DNA of 64,000 bases from Pseudomonadota bacterium (GCA_038134595.1 JAYPVM010000001.1:1-64000), one strand, 5' to 3'; counted from the first letter of the stretch, positions 38,561-49,213 are shown. Notes: generated by a model not told the origin, from the letters alone. Translations and numbers: made by a program.

Positions 38561-39274
38561 ATGGCCTTACCGACCCTGACCTCGCTATACCTCTATCAAG
38601 ATGAGTATATCTTTGCTCTTAACAAACCGGCTGGTCTGCATTCTGTCGGACTTAAATCCGGAGGAGGTGCGTCACTTGCTGATCTACTACTTGCTCACAG
38701 TCCTGATTTAGCTACCATTTCTAAACAGGAATGCGATGCAGGGCTCGTACAGCGATTAGATTTTGATACAAGTGGAATTATACTTGGCGCAAAGACAAAA
38801 GAAGCCTGGACGCTTCTTCATAAAGAAATTACAAGCGGCGCGCTTATCAAGCGATACATTGCTCTCGTAGATGGAGACTTTAGAGAATCCGCTACAATCT
38901 CATCATACATAGGTTCTCCAAACCGGGGGGCTAAAAAGATGCGTAGCTATAAAGATCTGCCTACTGGAAATATCCGTGCACTATTCGGGACGAGTAACTT
39001 CGTACCGTTTAAAACAACCGAAAATAATTTCAGAACATTTGTAGAGGTTTCGGCATCTCCGGCAAGACGGCATCAGGTAAGGGTGCATGCAGCTCAGCTC
39101 GGCCATCCTCTTACCGGGGACACCCTCTACGGATCAACACAGTGCTTACCGAACAAGCTGCAGCAAACGTCTCGCGCTTTTTTCTTACACGCCCATTATA
39201 TCAAAGGAATTCATCCAATCACAAAACAGCCTATAGAAATTCACAGCTGCCTTGAACACGTGGGAATCGGGTAA
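38561..39274 (+). CDS. RluA-family pseudouridine synthase
   Basis: NKPAGL, QRLDFDTSG (catalytic Asp), RRHQVRVH, GDTLY, LHA. Confidence 0.92.
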   Translation: MALPTLTSLYLYQDEYIFALNKPAGLHSVGLKSGGGASLADLLLAHSPDLATISKQECDAGLVQRLDFDTSGIILGAKTKEAWTLLHKEITSGALIKRYIALVDGDFRESATISSYIGSPNRGAKKMRSYKDLPTGNIRALFGTSNFVPFKTTENNFRTFVEVSASPARRHQVRVHAAQLGHPLTGDTLYGSTQCLPNKLQQTSRAFFLHAHYIKGIHPITKQPIEIHSCLEHVGIG

Positions 39275-39326
39275 TCTATCTTTTGCGCTTCACGTAAAGT
39301 CATCTATAACAAAAGTCGTATTTATT

Positions 39327-39782
39327 TCATTTGAAGTTAAAATCATCGAGGCCTTTCCTGACACATGCTAGATTACTAGCAAGCACCTCTGCATCCCAAC
39401 GGATACTACCGACACCTTCTCCAAATTCAGATTCCTGTTCCAATGTTACAGCCGTCTCCTCCAGCCCCCAAATCGCCGCTTGAATATGCCCTGCAAATTC
39501 CATCAAACCGAGCATCTGCCGTTGTTCGCTTTTTTGACTTTCGATCTGCACCACGCGCTGTATCACCGCAGATAAGAGTTCAGTGAGAGCCTCAACTCGC
39601 ATCAAGGGTGCTGTAAGTTCTGACAGGTAATCCTCTGATACTCCATGATGAAGAGATGATGCCTCGCGTCTTTGCATAGCCTCTTCTCGGCAGGCTTTTC
39701 CAAGCCTGCCAATAGAACTCATTACCATGAGATGTCCATCAGAATCTGGATGGCACGAGCCCCATTGTAATTTTCGGGTCAT
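39327..39782 (-). CDS. Hypothetical helical protein
   Basis: 151-aa ORF filling the gap; no motif recognised. Confidence 0.5.
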   Translation of the reverse strand: MTRKLQWGSCHPDSDGHLMVMSSIGRLGKACREEAMQRREASSLHHGVSEDYLSELTAPLMRVEALTELLSAVIQRVVQIESQKSEQRQMLGLMEFAGHIQAAIWGLEETAVTLEQESEFGEGVGSIRWDAEVLASNLACVRKGLDDFNFK

Positions 39783-39988
39783 ACGTCACAAGCCCTAATC
39801 AGACGGTTCTTTACGCCAAATACTCACTCTCTTCGTTGATAAGAAAATGTACGCCACTCTGGCATTCGTTCATGTAAGCCTAAAAACATCCGCACTCATA
39901 CGCAAGAAAATAGTAATAGATGTGGAGCCTAATTGATTACTCCATTAACTAGATAGGATTCTGCGCGATAAATACCACGAAGTCGATT

Positions 39989-40786
39989 TTATCCCCTCGG
40001 CTCCCTCTTTGCGATCAAAAATTTAGACTCTTCCCTTAAGCGTTTCATTCGATCGACAGTCAGAGGATGACTCCGAAGAAGAAAACTCCACCGGCTCTCT
40101 CCATTTTCGTACTGCTCATGAATTTTTTCAAAAAATTCAAGATATGAATCACTTGGCCCCAAAACCTGTGAGGCCAGATCAAGACCGATGCTATCAGCTT
40201 CATACTCCTGTGCTCGTGAATGGGCCGAGGACATCATGTGAATAGCTAACGAACTCGCGGTTCCAGAGGTCTCTTCCAATACGTACAGTTGAATCACTGT
40301 CCAAATAAGAGAGCGACCAATAGCTCGTAGAACGTGGCGCTTCTGCTGGTGGCCTAACTCGTGTCCTAAAACCATTGCAAGCCCCTCTTCGTGCTCTACC
40401 AACTCAAGAAGCCCCCGAGTTACACCCACACCTCCTCCAGGAATCGCAAAGGCATTCGGCTCCTTCATGTCTACGTACAGAAGTTTATACGGTAACGGCC
40501 GAAGAGAGCCTGCTCGAACCAATCGTTCGAAGAGCTGCTCTGCCCTTCGATACTTCTCGGCTACAAATCCTTTTTTGGGAGCATGTGCTTCCATACCTGC
40601 AAATAGTTTTGCCTCGAGTCGCTCCGGAATCTGCTCGGCAATGGTATCGGCGACGACTCCAAGCACGGCGTAGCCAACGACAAAGGCGACACCGAGGAGA
40701 ACCAGTAGTTTCGCAAACTCATATTTCGGAGAATCTCCCCGGGAGATGTCTACTGTATCCTTTAATTCCTTGACTACATGCTTCAT
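39989..40786 (-). CDS. M48-family Zn metallopeptidase
   Basis: PNAFAIPGG, HELGH, EYEAD, SHP. Confidence 0.92.
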   Translation of the reverse strand: MKHVVKELKDTVDISRGDSPKYEFAKLLVLLGVAFVVGYAVLGVVADTIAEQIPERLEAKLFAGMEAHAPKKGFVAEKYRRAEQLFERLVRAGSLRPLPYKLLYVDMKEPNAFAIPGGGVGVTRGLLELVEHEEGLAMVLGHELGHQQKRHVLRAIGRSLIWTVIQLYVLEETSGTASSLAIHMMSSAHSRAQEYEADSIGLDLASQVLGPSDSYLEFFEKIHEQYENGESRWSFLLRSHPLTVDRMKRLREESKFLIAKREPRG

Positions 40787-41223
40787 TTCGAAAGGTAAAT
40801 GGCGGTTCCATATGCGAGAACCTCAACCGTACCTACAGCTCTTCCTTGTCCATTGGAGAGCGTAGATGTTTCTATCCGACAATTTACAAAATAATCCGCG
40901 TGAGGATGGCTTTCCTTCATCCTCAGAAACGCTTCACGTCTTGCCCTGTCGATAAGAGAGGCATACGAGGCTACTTCTCCACCAAAAATATTTCTCAAGC
41001 CTGCCAGAAACCGCTTGAAGCGATCTATGGACACGACAACCGAGCCATACGCTAGCGTCGCCTCTGAAATCCGCTGCTGATCTCCCTCTTGAACTGTCTT
41101 TCGAGTACTGATGGGTACACGAAGCGTCTCTTTTTCTCGCGCCGCAATCGAGCGATAATGCTTACGCTCAACAGCTGTTCCTATGAGATACGCTCCCCCT
41201 AGAATAAAAATTATCTCAAACAT
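40783..41223 (-). CDS. YbjQ/UPF0145-family protein (membrane-anchored paralog)
   Basis: LRNIFGGE..Y..L..RARREA..RM, LAYGTA. Confidence 0.88.
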   Translation of the reverse strand: MFEIIFILGGAYLIGTAVERKHYRSIAAREKETLRVPISTRKTVQEGDQQRISEATLAYGSVVVSIDRFKRFLAGLRNIFGGEVASYASLIDRARREAFLRMKESHPHADYFVNCRIETSTLSNGQGRAVGTVEVLAYGTAIYLSK

Positions 41224-41537
41224 TAAGAGACCTTCACTGCAGTTCCGTAGGCCAATATCTCTGCTGCCCCTTGCGCGACTGACGAGGTTGAAAACCTCAC
41301 ATTGACAATCGCATTTGCCCCCATCTCCTGCGCCTGCCGAATCATCCTAGAAAGCGCCTCCTCTCGAGACTCTACAAGGAGTTCAGTATAGCCCTTAAGT
41401 TCACCTCCAAAGATATTCTTAAGGCTTGCCATCATATCGCGTCCAACGTGCTTTGCTCGTATCGTGCTTCCCTGTACGATTCCGTAATGCTCATCTATCG
41501 CTTTTCCAGGAACAGTTTCTAAATTTGTCACTATCAT
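41223..41537 (-). CDS. YbjQ/UPF0145-family protein
   Basis: KNIFGGELKGYTELL, GANAIVNVRF, AYGTAV. Confidence 0.92.
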   Translation of the reverse strand: MIVTNLETVPGKAIDEHYGIVQGSTIRAKHVGRDMMASLKNIFGGELKGYTELLVESREEALSRMIRQAQEMGANAIVNVRFSTSSVAQGAAEILAYGTAVKVS

Positions 41538-41728
41538 GATTCCCCTCCCTATTCGAACGTTGGGACCACTTACCCTCTCAATGATAAGGCAGCTCAGCTT
41601 AGGTTGCCAATCTATTTTTAGGACCTACAGACTTCATGCATCGCTACGAGGCCCTAAAAACACCTTAGACTATCGCTCCGATTTGACCTATCGTTAGAAC
41701 CAGAACAAGTTAAATCGGAAAATCCCCT

Positions 41729-42655
41729 ATGCGCTTACATTCAATCCTCGAAGCTATCGGAAACACGCCTCACCTAAGACTGAACAAGCTCTTTGGAGAA
41801 ACGCATTCCATCTGGATGAAACTAGAGAGAACAAATCCTGCCGGAAGCATTAAGGATAGGATAGCCCTTGCGATGATAGAGGATGCTGAGAGTCGTGGGG
41901 CATTAAAAGCCGGGGGCGTTATCATAGAACCTACTTCAGGAAACACCGGCGTTGCACTTGCAATGATAGCGGCGGTCAAAGGTTACAGAGCGATAATTGT
42001 TATGCCTGAGTCGATGTCGGTTGAGCGTAGGACTTTAATCAAAGGGTTCGGCGCAACGCTGGTTCTTACGCCACGTGAATTGGGAATGAAGGGTGCTATC
42101 GAAAAAGCGCTCGAGCTTGCGGCATTGACTCCTAACGCATGGATCCCACAACAATTTGAAAACCCCGCAAATCCACGTGTTCACGAGGAGACTACAGCAA
42201 ACGAGATCCGCGCCGATTTTCCTGAAGGGATAGATTACCTCATCACAGGTATCGGAACCGGTGGGCACATCACGGGATGTGCCCGTGTTCTTAAAGAATA
42301 CATGCCGAACCTTACCGTCATCGGTGTGGAGCCCGCAGCATCTCCGGTTCTAAGCGGAGGAGATCCTTCACCACACCCTATTCAAGGAATCGGTGCGGGA
42401 TTCATTCCGACAAACTGCGACACGGCAATAATAGACAGCTTTATCACTGTAACAAACGAGGACGCCTTTCACTATGCACAGCAGGCGATGCAGAAAGAAG
42501 GGCTTTGTATCGGCATCTCCTCTGGAGCATCCCTAGCAGCTGTAGCTAAGGCGCTTCCAACTATTCCCGAAGGGAGCACTGTGCTCACTTTTTGTTACGA
42601 CACGGGCGAACGGTATGTTTCCAACACCAATTTATTTCCTTCTGATCAAGCGTAA
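41729..42655 (+). CDS. cysK: Cysteine synthase A
   Basis: NPAGSIKDR (PLP Lys), [30 protein letters not shown]. Confidence 0.95.
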   Translation: MRLHSILEAIGNTPHLRLNKLFGETHSIWMKLERTNPAGSIKDRIALAMIEDAESRGALKAGGVIIEPTSGNTGVALAMIAAVKGYRAIIVMPESMSVERRTLIKGFGATLVLTPRELGMKGAIEKALELAALTPNAWIPQQFENPANPRVHEETTANEIRADFPEGIDYLITGIGTGGHITGCARVLKEYMPNLTVIGVEPAASPVLSGGDPSPHPIQGIGAGFIPTNCDTAIIDSFITVTNEDAFHYAQQAMQKEGLCIGISSGASLAAVAKALPTIPEGSTVLTFCYDTGERYVSNTNLFPSDQA

Positions 42656-43377
42656 TGATTGACGAAACAACCGTTCTCATCGGCGTCGGCCTTCTTGTCG
42701 GCTTTGTCAAAACCGGACTTCCCGCAGGAGGAATTTTTGTTCCTGTGCTCATGGCACTTGCCTTTCCGGCACGCGCTTCTGTGGCAATTCTACTACCGTA
42801 TTTGATCGTTGGAGATGTAATCGCAGTCTGTCTCTATCGAAAAAAAGCAAATCTTCGAGAGGTCAAAAGAGTTTTTCCTTGGATCTTTGTAGGTATTCTT
42901 ATGGGTGTCTGCATACTTGGCATTGTCAACGAACAGCTCTTCAAGACGCTCTTTGGTGGATTAATACTAGCTCTAATCGCATTCGACTCAGCACGAAGTG
43001 CTCTTAGAAATACAACGTTTCCAACATGGGCGAAGCGATCTCTTGGAGTAAGCGCTGGTGTCGCAACAGCGCTGGCAAATGCTGCGGGACCGCTCATGGC
43101 GGTATATCTACTTATCATGAAACTGGATAAACATGCATTCATGGGCACTACAGCGGTGCTCTTTTGCATAGTAAATATATCAAAGGTTCCATTCTATGCT
43201 TCTCTTGGATTGTTCCAGCTTCAGTACGTGCTTCTTTGGCTCGTGAGCATCCCAGTCATTCTTATCGGTGCATTTCTAGGGAAGCTCTTCGTTGATAAAA
43301 TATCTCAACGCACATTTTCTCTCCTGATCCGCGTACTTACTGTGGTGGCTGGGGGTATCCTGCTAGGGCTCATATAA
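42655..43377 (+). CDS. Sulfite exporter TauE/SafE family
   Basis: GFVKTG, ANAAGP, K..F.GT; 8 TM segments; stop/start overlap with cysK. Confidence 0.85.
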   Translation: MIDETTVLIGVGLLVGFVKTGLPAGGIFVPVLMALAFPARASVAILLPYLIVGDVIAVCLYRKKANLREVKRVFPWIFVGILMGVCILGIVNEQLFKTLFGGLILALIAFDSARSALRNTTFPTWAKRSLGVSAGVATALANAAGPLMAVYLLIMKLDKHAFMGTTAVLFCIVNISKVPFYASLGLFQLQYVLLWLVSIPVILIGAFLGKLFVDKISQRTFSLLIRVLTVVAGGILLGLI

Positions 43378-43470
43378 GGGCACAAAACATTAGCTAGTCT
43401 ATATCGTGTGTTTACGGTACCTTCTGTAGAGTAGCTTACAAACATCTTCTTACTGAAGAGAGAGAACACA

Positions 43471-43758
43471 ATGATTAAAGGCTTTCTTTTAACCCTATTG
43501 ATAACGGTGTCAACTGGATGCCTGTACTCAAATGTGCGTTTTCCGCTTGATAAAGATCTCTGGAAGACTGAACTTGGCACAAAAGTGGGCGTATCCTCAA
43601 ACCACTCCGTTGCTTGGCTAGTAGCTTGGGGGGATGCTGGTGTTGAAGCCGCTGCGAAAAATGGCGACATTCAAACTATCAATCATATGGACATGGGTAT
43701 AGAGAGCTACGTCTTTGGGCTCTATACTCGCAGAGATACAATCGTATATGGAGAGTAA
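43471..43758 (+). CDS. TRL-like family lipoprotein
   Basis: Lipobox STGC; VAWGDAGVEAAAKNGDI...TIVYGE. Confidence 0.8.
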   Translation: MIKGFLLTLLITVSTGCLYSNVRFPLDKDLWKTELGTKVGVSSNHSVAWLVAWGDAGVEAAAKNGDIQTINHMDMGIESYVFGLYTRRDTIVYGE

Positions 43759-44101
43759 GTGCTCGCGAGCTATTGCTCTTGCGGCTTGCGTTTTCTTAAT
43801 CTCAATTCTTATTAGTGGGTGCGGAATGCTGCCTCGAGGACTTCTTTACACTGACATCACCGAACCGCTTTGCGTTGACGCTCGCGGAACTCCGCTTGGT
43901 CGAAGTAGTGCTGTCGGAAACTCAAAGCGCATAAAAATCCCCACCACACAGGTAGACCTCTCTGCTGAGTGGGATACGAGAGCAATCGGTGATATCGCAA
44001 AACGGCACAACCTTTCAGTGGTATATAGTTGTGATGCCAGGCGTCGCTCGTATGTGTTCGGCATCTGGCAAAGTGATGAGGTTATCATCTACGGTGAGTA
44101 G
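43748..44101 (+). CDS. TRL-like family lipoprotein (paralog)
   Basis: Lipobox ISGC, GLLYTDIT, C-terminal IIYGE. Start at ATG 43748. Confidence 0.75.
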   Translation: MESKCSRAIALAACVFLISILISGCGMLPRGLLYTDITEPLCVDARGTPLGRSSAVGNSKRIKIPTTQVDLSAEWDTRAIGDIAKRHNLSVVYSCDARRRSYVFGIWQSDEVIIYGE

Positions 44102-44104
44102 TAA

Positions 44105-45718
44105 CTAACGCTCATCACTCCAACCGTGTAAAAGCGCATCTCGTACGTTCGATCGCCGCCACGTCGATGTGTCTAAGGGGTTGCCGGATTGATCTAATGG
44201 AACTCCCAAAAAAGTCCCGCCCGGCTCGTGCACTATCTTCAATCGCACCGCCGAGTGTGGCAAAGTGGCAACGTCCTCAACCAGCTCTTCTGATGGAGCA
44301 GAATACATCGTGGCACTTTGATGAGCCGGATCAACAAACAGAAGCGCCTCCGCTCTCTCCACCTCCTCTAATGTAAAGTGCCTCTCTACATAGCCAATAT
44401 CGATACCGTTTTGTTGGAAATCTCTATTAGCCAATATCCAAGCATGAAAAGGAATAGTAGTCGGAACACCTTCTATGGCGTACTGCTTGACTATCTGGAA
44501 GGCTTGAAACAGTGCATCTCTTCGAGTGGGAGCATGCACAATTACTTTACTGATAAGAGAATCGTAAAATGGCGGAATGGAATCCCCAACTCGGTACCCA
44601 CACTCCTCCCGCATCGGTATCTTTTCAGGCCTCGACCATGCAGTAATGGTTCCAAGAGATGGGCGAAATCCTTCACGTGTGTCTTCGGCGTTTATCCGCA
44701 ACTCAATAGAGTGGCCTGAAAACACGACGTTTTCCTGCTTTATCGGAAGTGCTTCTCCCATTGCAACATGCAATTGAAGTTTCACAAGATCAACTCCAGT
44801 TATCATCTCTGTTGCAGGATGCTCGACCTGAATTCGTGTGTTAATCTCTAAGAAAAAAAACTCCTCGCCCTGAACCAAAAATTCAGCCGTGCCCGCATTG
44901 TAATATCCAACACTCTGCGCTGCCGCGACCGCTGCCTGATGGATTTTTTCTCGAGTCTCATCGGAAAGAAATGGAGCTGGCGCTTCTTCTAATAGTTTTT
45001 GATGTCGCCTCTGACTTGAGCAGTCTCGGGTGCCAAAATGAATGACTGCTCCTTGAGTATCGCCAAAGAGCTGGACTTCTACGTGTCTCGGTCGTTCAAC
45101 AAACCGCTCCAGATACACATCACTACTACCAAAGTTCTTTTGTGCTTCATCACGAGCGAGTGGAAGCGCCGCTTCAAGCTCCTGTTTTGAGCGAACAATC
45201 CGCATGCCTCGCCCACCACCACCAGCAGCAGCTTTGACGATAACGGGAAAGCCAACCGTATCGACTGCTGTTACTAAGCCTTCATCAGAAAGCCCACCAT
45301 CGGTACCGGGAGTGATAGGTACTCCTACAGCCGCCACGGTCGCCCGCGCGGTGGTCTTAACACCCAAAGCCCGGATGCTTTCCGGAGAGGGACCTACGAA
45401 GATAAGACCTGCATCAAGCACAGCTTGTGCAAAGTCGGGGTCTTCCGAGAGAAATCCGTATCCAGGATGCACTGCCGAACATCCGCGAGACACCGCTTCT
45501 TGTACTATCCTTTCGCTGTTAAGGTACGAATCTCGGGCCGGTCCTTGGCCGACAACCACAATTTCATCCGCCTCAGTGGCTGCCCACGAATCACTATCAG
45601 CTTCCGACACCACTAAAACAGTTGTTATTTCAAGCTCTTGGCAGGCTCGAATTATCCGTCGTGCAATCTCGCCACGATTTGCAATCAATAACTTTTTAAT
45701 CCTAGAATGATGTGACAT
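44105..45718 (-). CDS. Biotin carboxylase (AccC-like) with ~90-aa C-terminal extension
   Basis: LIANRGEIA, HPGYGFLSE, GGGGRGM, RDCSSQRRHQK, NTRIQVEHP, YDSLISK; no MKM biotinyl domain. Confidence 0.9.
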   Translation of the reverse strand: MSHHSRIKKLLIANRGEIARRIIRACQELEITTVLVVSEADSDSWAATEADEIVVVGQGPARDSYLNSERIVQEAVSRGCSAVHPGYGFLSEDPDFAQAVLDAGLIFVGPSPESIRALGVKTTARATVAAVGVPITPGTDGGLSDEGLVTAVDTVGFPVIVKAAAGGGGRGMRIVRSKQELEAALPLARDEAQKNFGSSDVYLERFVERPRHVEVQLFGDTQGAVIHFGTRDCSSQRRHQKLLEEAPAPFLSDETREKIHQAAVAAAQSVGYYNAGTAEFLVQGEEFFFLEINTRIQVEHPATEMITGVDLVKLQLHVAMGEALPIKQENVVFSGHSIELRINAEDTREGFRPSLGTITAWSRPEKIPMREECGYRVGDSIPPFYDSLISKVIVHAPTRRDALFQAFQIVKQYAIEGVPTTIPFHAWILANRDFQQNGIDIGYVERHFTLEEVERAEALLFVDPAHQSATMYSAPSEELVEDVATLPHSAVRLKIVHEPGGTFLGVPLDQSGNPLDTSTWRRSNVRDALLHGWSDER

Positions 45719-45763
45719 AACCAAGCGTTATCCAAACATAACCGTGAAATCTAATAGGCACTT

Positions 45764-46717
45764 ATGACTAATACTACCCCAGCTACCCCCTCTCATCACA
45801 AGGTTATTATTCTTGGCTCAGGTCCTGCAGGACTAACTGCGGCTATCTATACAGCTCGAGCTAGTCTATCTCCCCTACTCCTGCACGGGCCACTAGCAGG
45901 CGGACAGCTTACTACCACAACCGACGTTGAAAACTTTCCAGGTTTTCCAGAGGGTGTTATGGGGCCTGATCTGATGCAACAAATGGAGCAACAAGCCACT
46001 CGATTTGGCACTACTATTAAAGTAGACACCATCGTTGAAGCCGATGTAACGGCAAAACCGATATCGCTTCGCGGTCAGTCTGGCGCTTATACGTGCGACT
46101 CTCTCATCATAGCAACGGGAGCAGCACCTAAGTACATCGGAGCTCAAAACGAACGAGAACTCCTTGGCTACGGAGTATCAACATGTGCAACATGCGACGG
46201 AGCATTTTTTAGAGACAAGGTAATAGCTGTAGTTGGTGGCGGCGACTCTGCATGCGAAGAAGCATCCTTCCTCACGCGTTTTGCCAGCAAGCTTTACCTA
46301 ATCCACAGAAGAGATGCCCTACGGGCCTCGAAAATTATGCAAGATCGTGTACTGTCGAACCCTAAAATAGAGATGATTTGGAACAAGACTGTTTCTTCTG
46401 TTGAAGGTAGCAAGCAAGATGGTGTCACCGGTCTCGTTTTGACCGACACAACCTCAGGAGAGGAATCAACACTGGCAACAGATGCTCTCTTTGTTGCGAT
46501 CGGGCACACGCCAAATTCTTCGCTTTTTGAAGGACAACTCAAGATGGATGAAAATGGCTACCTCCTTCACGAACCAAACTCTGCTGCCACAACGACTCCA
46601 GGTGTGTTTGTCTGTGGCGATGTACAAGACCACGTATTTAGACAAGCTATTACAGCGGCGGGATCGGGTTGTATGGCAGCCATAGGCGCTGAACGCTGGT
46701 TAGAGGAACAGCACTAA
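45764..46717 (+). CDS. trxB: Thioredoxin-disulfide reductase
   Basis: GSGPAG, CATCDG, GGGDSA, RQAITAAGSG. Confidence 0.97.
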   Translation: MTNTTPATPSHHKVIILGSGPAGLTAAIYTARASLSPLLLHGPLAGGQLTTTTDVENFPGFPEGVMGPDLMQQMEQQATRFGTTIKVDTIVEADVTAKPISLRGQSGAYTCDSLIIATGAAPKYIGAQNERELLGYGVSTCATCDGAFFRDKVIAVVGGGDSACEEASFLTRFASKLYLIHRRDALRASKIMQDRVLSNPKIEMIWNKTVSSVEGSKQDGVTGLVLTDTTSGEESTLATDALFVAIGHTPNSSLFEGQLKMDENGYLLHEPNSAATTTPGVFVCGDVQDHVFRQAITAAGSGCMAAIGAERWLEEQH

Positions 46718-46911
46718 GATAGCTAAGAGAGAACGATTCTCTATTGTTATTAATGCCATTTTCTGTCGGTCGATTACCTTCGTGTTTTTTCGTACGAAGT
46801 ACTATCAATCGTCGGCTATCACAAACGTAAAAATTAGACTCGGAATATCAAGCTTCTGTTCATTGCACCGATCCCTTTGCTTTGGAATATGTTTTCAATC
46901 AGAGGTTTGTT

Positions 46912-47103
46912 ATGGGCATAAACGTAGAGGCAGCAACTGGTCCATCGGCAATTTCATCGCGAGCGGGGGTGCGCCCTGCAGAGATCACACCAACTAAACC
47001 GCCCTCTGCCTATCTGACAAACGAGTCAACTCTTCCGAAGGCAAAAACTGCAATCGTAAACCGAAAGCCCGATACGAGAGGTCTCGTAGACAAGATAGCT
47101 TGA
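46912..47103 (+). CDS. Small hypothetical protein (63 aa) ending RGLVDKIA
   Basis: GAGG RBS before ATG 46912; possible sigma28-like promoter upstream. Confidence 0.45.
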   Translation: MGINVEAATGPSAISSRAGVRPAEITPTKPPSAYLTNESTLPKAKTAIVNRKPDTRGLVDKIA

Positions 47104-47177
47104 AAACAAAGACTCCTAAGAGCTCTCCGCCGTTACCTCGAATTCGATACCCAGCGAATCATCATGAGCAAAAAAAG

Positions 47178-47921
47178 TCACAGCCATTGCGCCCCATAGG
47201 AAACGACATCTACTCCCTCCGAGAAATAGCATCTCATATCGTCACGTTCAGGTCGCACATTAATTCCATCAAGCATGGAAGAGTGCGACAAATCAACTTC
47301 AGCCGAGTGCTGCACCCAGGGAGCATGATGCACTTCCAAACGAAGAAGTCTTCCGAGATGGCGTGAATACAAACAATACCGCTCCGCTGACCAGTGCTCA
47401 AAAGACCCAGGTTGAGCATCAACGGCATTACCTATCGGTCGATAACGCGCCTCAAAACGGGCAGCTCCGAGGCACCGATTGCTCGTATATTCGAACCACT
47501 CGCCGCGTTTCTCACACGCCATAGAGGATTTGTAATACGGCAATCCGTACAGTGTCCGCGCGCCCAATACAAGAGACAGTGAGGTAGTGTCTAGACTAAA
47601 GAAAAACACTCCCGGCTTTTTTCCATCGGTAACGTAGGTACGAACATTGAGCTCCGGAAATGAGCGAAACATAGGAATGCACGGCACGTTTTTTGGCATC
47701 ATCTCAGCCATTCTAAAAGGCACTGTAGAGATCCAAGCCGACCCCTCAAACGTGTCTACCTGTAATTGCTGTGGCACTAATTTCTGCATTGCCGACACAG
47801 ATATCCGTTGGTGGATAAACAAAAGATCGAGCCACGACAACCTCCATAGCCACCGCCTATCTGGCAAGGGCCACGGTCGATGATCAATATAATCTAGAGC
47901 AGGATGGCGCAGCATATACAA
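47178..47921 (-). CDS. DUF2071/YqjF-family protein
   Basis: HRPWPLP, W.DLLFIH, FPELNVRTYV, GVFFFSLD, ERYCLY. Confidence 0.9.
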   Translation of the reverse strand: MYMLRHPALDYIDHRPWPLPDRRWLWRLSWLDLLFIHQRISVSAMQKLVPQQLQVDTFEGSAWISTVPFRMAEMMPKNVPCIPMFRSFPELNVRTYVTDGKKPGVFFFSLDTTSLSLVLGARTLYGLPYYKSSMACEKRGEWFEYTSNRCLGAARFEARYRPIGNAVDAQPGSFEHWSAERYCLYSRHLGRLLRLEVHHAPWVQHSAEVDLSHSSMLDGINVRPERDDMRCYFSEGVDVVSYGAQWL

Positions 47922-48017
47922 TACGTAGTAATTCTGATTGAGGAGACGATTTTAGACTAAATATACACCGACAAGCTGGTCTCAACTACTCTCCGTTTAA
48001 ATCAGAGCGCTACACGT

Positions 48018-48539
48018 CTAGGAGCAGACCGCGTACGATGCTTGTAAGGTTGCAATTTTTCGTTTGAATCTTTTGCGTTGGGCTTTTTGCCTGTTTTTCA
48101 GGCTCTCCAAGCCGCGGGGAAAGGAAACCGAAAAAATAGCATCGAAAGCTTTGAGAAGCTTTTTCTTAGGCACACTCTGCACCTCGCAAGCCGACACCTC
48201 GTCGATATTGCAAGACGCATTTGACACATCAAGCTGTCCAAGCAAGGCTTTAATTCTACTCAGCGAGCGAGCTCCTCTTCGTAAAAATGTATCCGCAAAG
48301 TTTCTATCAGGGCGCCAAACTCCCCTATCCCGGAGCCTAACTGCTCTGTTAGAGATATTCGTAATCGTAGTTAAAGCCTGATTAAAAACATCGTCAATGG
48401 CAGATTGATCTACCGCTCCGCACTGAACCGCTTGAGCGCGCTGAACATCTTCCTGGGCATATACACAATGAGAAACTATCAACATAAGCACCATACAAAG
48501 AGTGCCCGTTATAACCCTTTTGAATGTGACAATGTTCAT
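48018..48539 (-). CDS. Secreted hypothetical protein (Cys-containing, helical)
   Basis: Signal peptide, GAGGGGGAG RBS, four Cys in the mature part. Confidence 0.6.
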   Translation of the reverse strand: MNIVTFKRVITGTLCMVLMLIVSHCVYAQEDVQRAQAVQCGAVDQSAIDDVFNQALTTITNISNRAVRLRDRGVWRPDRNFADTFLRRGARSLSRIKALLGQLDVSNASCNIDEVSACEVQSVPKKKLLKAFDAIFSVSFPRGLESLKNRQKAQRKRFKRKIATLQASYAVCS

Positions 48540-48761
48540 ATGCTCGCTCCCCCTCTCTTCACCGACTCTGACGACCTTATAACGCCCCTCATATTTAGAC
48601 TACCGTTTTTTTCGATTCTAACGAAACCATCTCTATTGCCCCCCTCTCGCTTTCATGATGCCAATCAGCACTTGCGATGTCGTATCAGTCGCCACTGGAG
48701 ATAATATGTTGCAAGCTGTGTGTATGTGCGGTATCCAACTAGCAAAACTGGAATAAACACC

Positions 48762-49130
48762 ATGAAATTCTTACCGTATTTTGCCCAAATCTTCGTTGCC
48801 CTCACAGTTATCAGCGTCTGGACAATTCGATTCAATCGGGCCACGAGATGGAGAGGTGGAAACGCCAAGAACATGTGTGAGGAGTTTTCCGTCTACGGAC
48901 TCTCCGCTGGGTTACGAAAAGCCGTTTGCTGCCTAAAGCTTTCGGGGAGCCTATTACTTCTCGTCGGCCTCTGGTGCGATCAGTGTGCGTTTTGGGGTGC
49001 GGCACTACTAAGCATTCTTATGGTTAGCGCCGTAGCCATGCATGTTAAAGTCAGAGACCCAATACGCAAATCACTACCAGCTTCAGTAATTTTTATTTTA
49101 TGCCTGTATCTGATATCGGTTTATCAATAA
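48762..49130 (+). CDS. DoxX-family membrane protein
   Basis: RGGNAKNM.EEF.VYGL, MHVKVRDPIRKSLPA. Start at ATG 48762. Confidence 0.85.
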   Translation: MKFLPYFAQIFVALTVISVWTIRFNRATRWRGGNAKNMCEEFSVYGLSAGLRKAVCCLKLSGSLLLLVGLWCDQCAFWGAALLSILMVSAVAMHVKVRDPIRKSLPASVIFILCLYLISVYQ

Positions 49131-49213
49131 GCTTGTGTGGGGCTTATCAGACTTGCATGGCGCTTTTCGGGCCGCTGATGGTCTCAATGCAAAAAACCGT
49201 CTGAAAAAAATAT

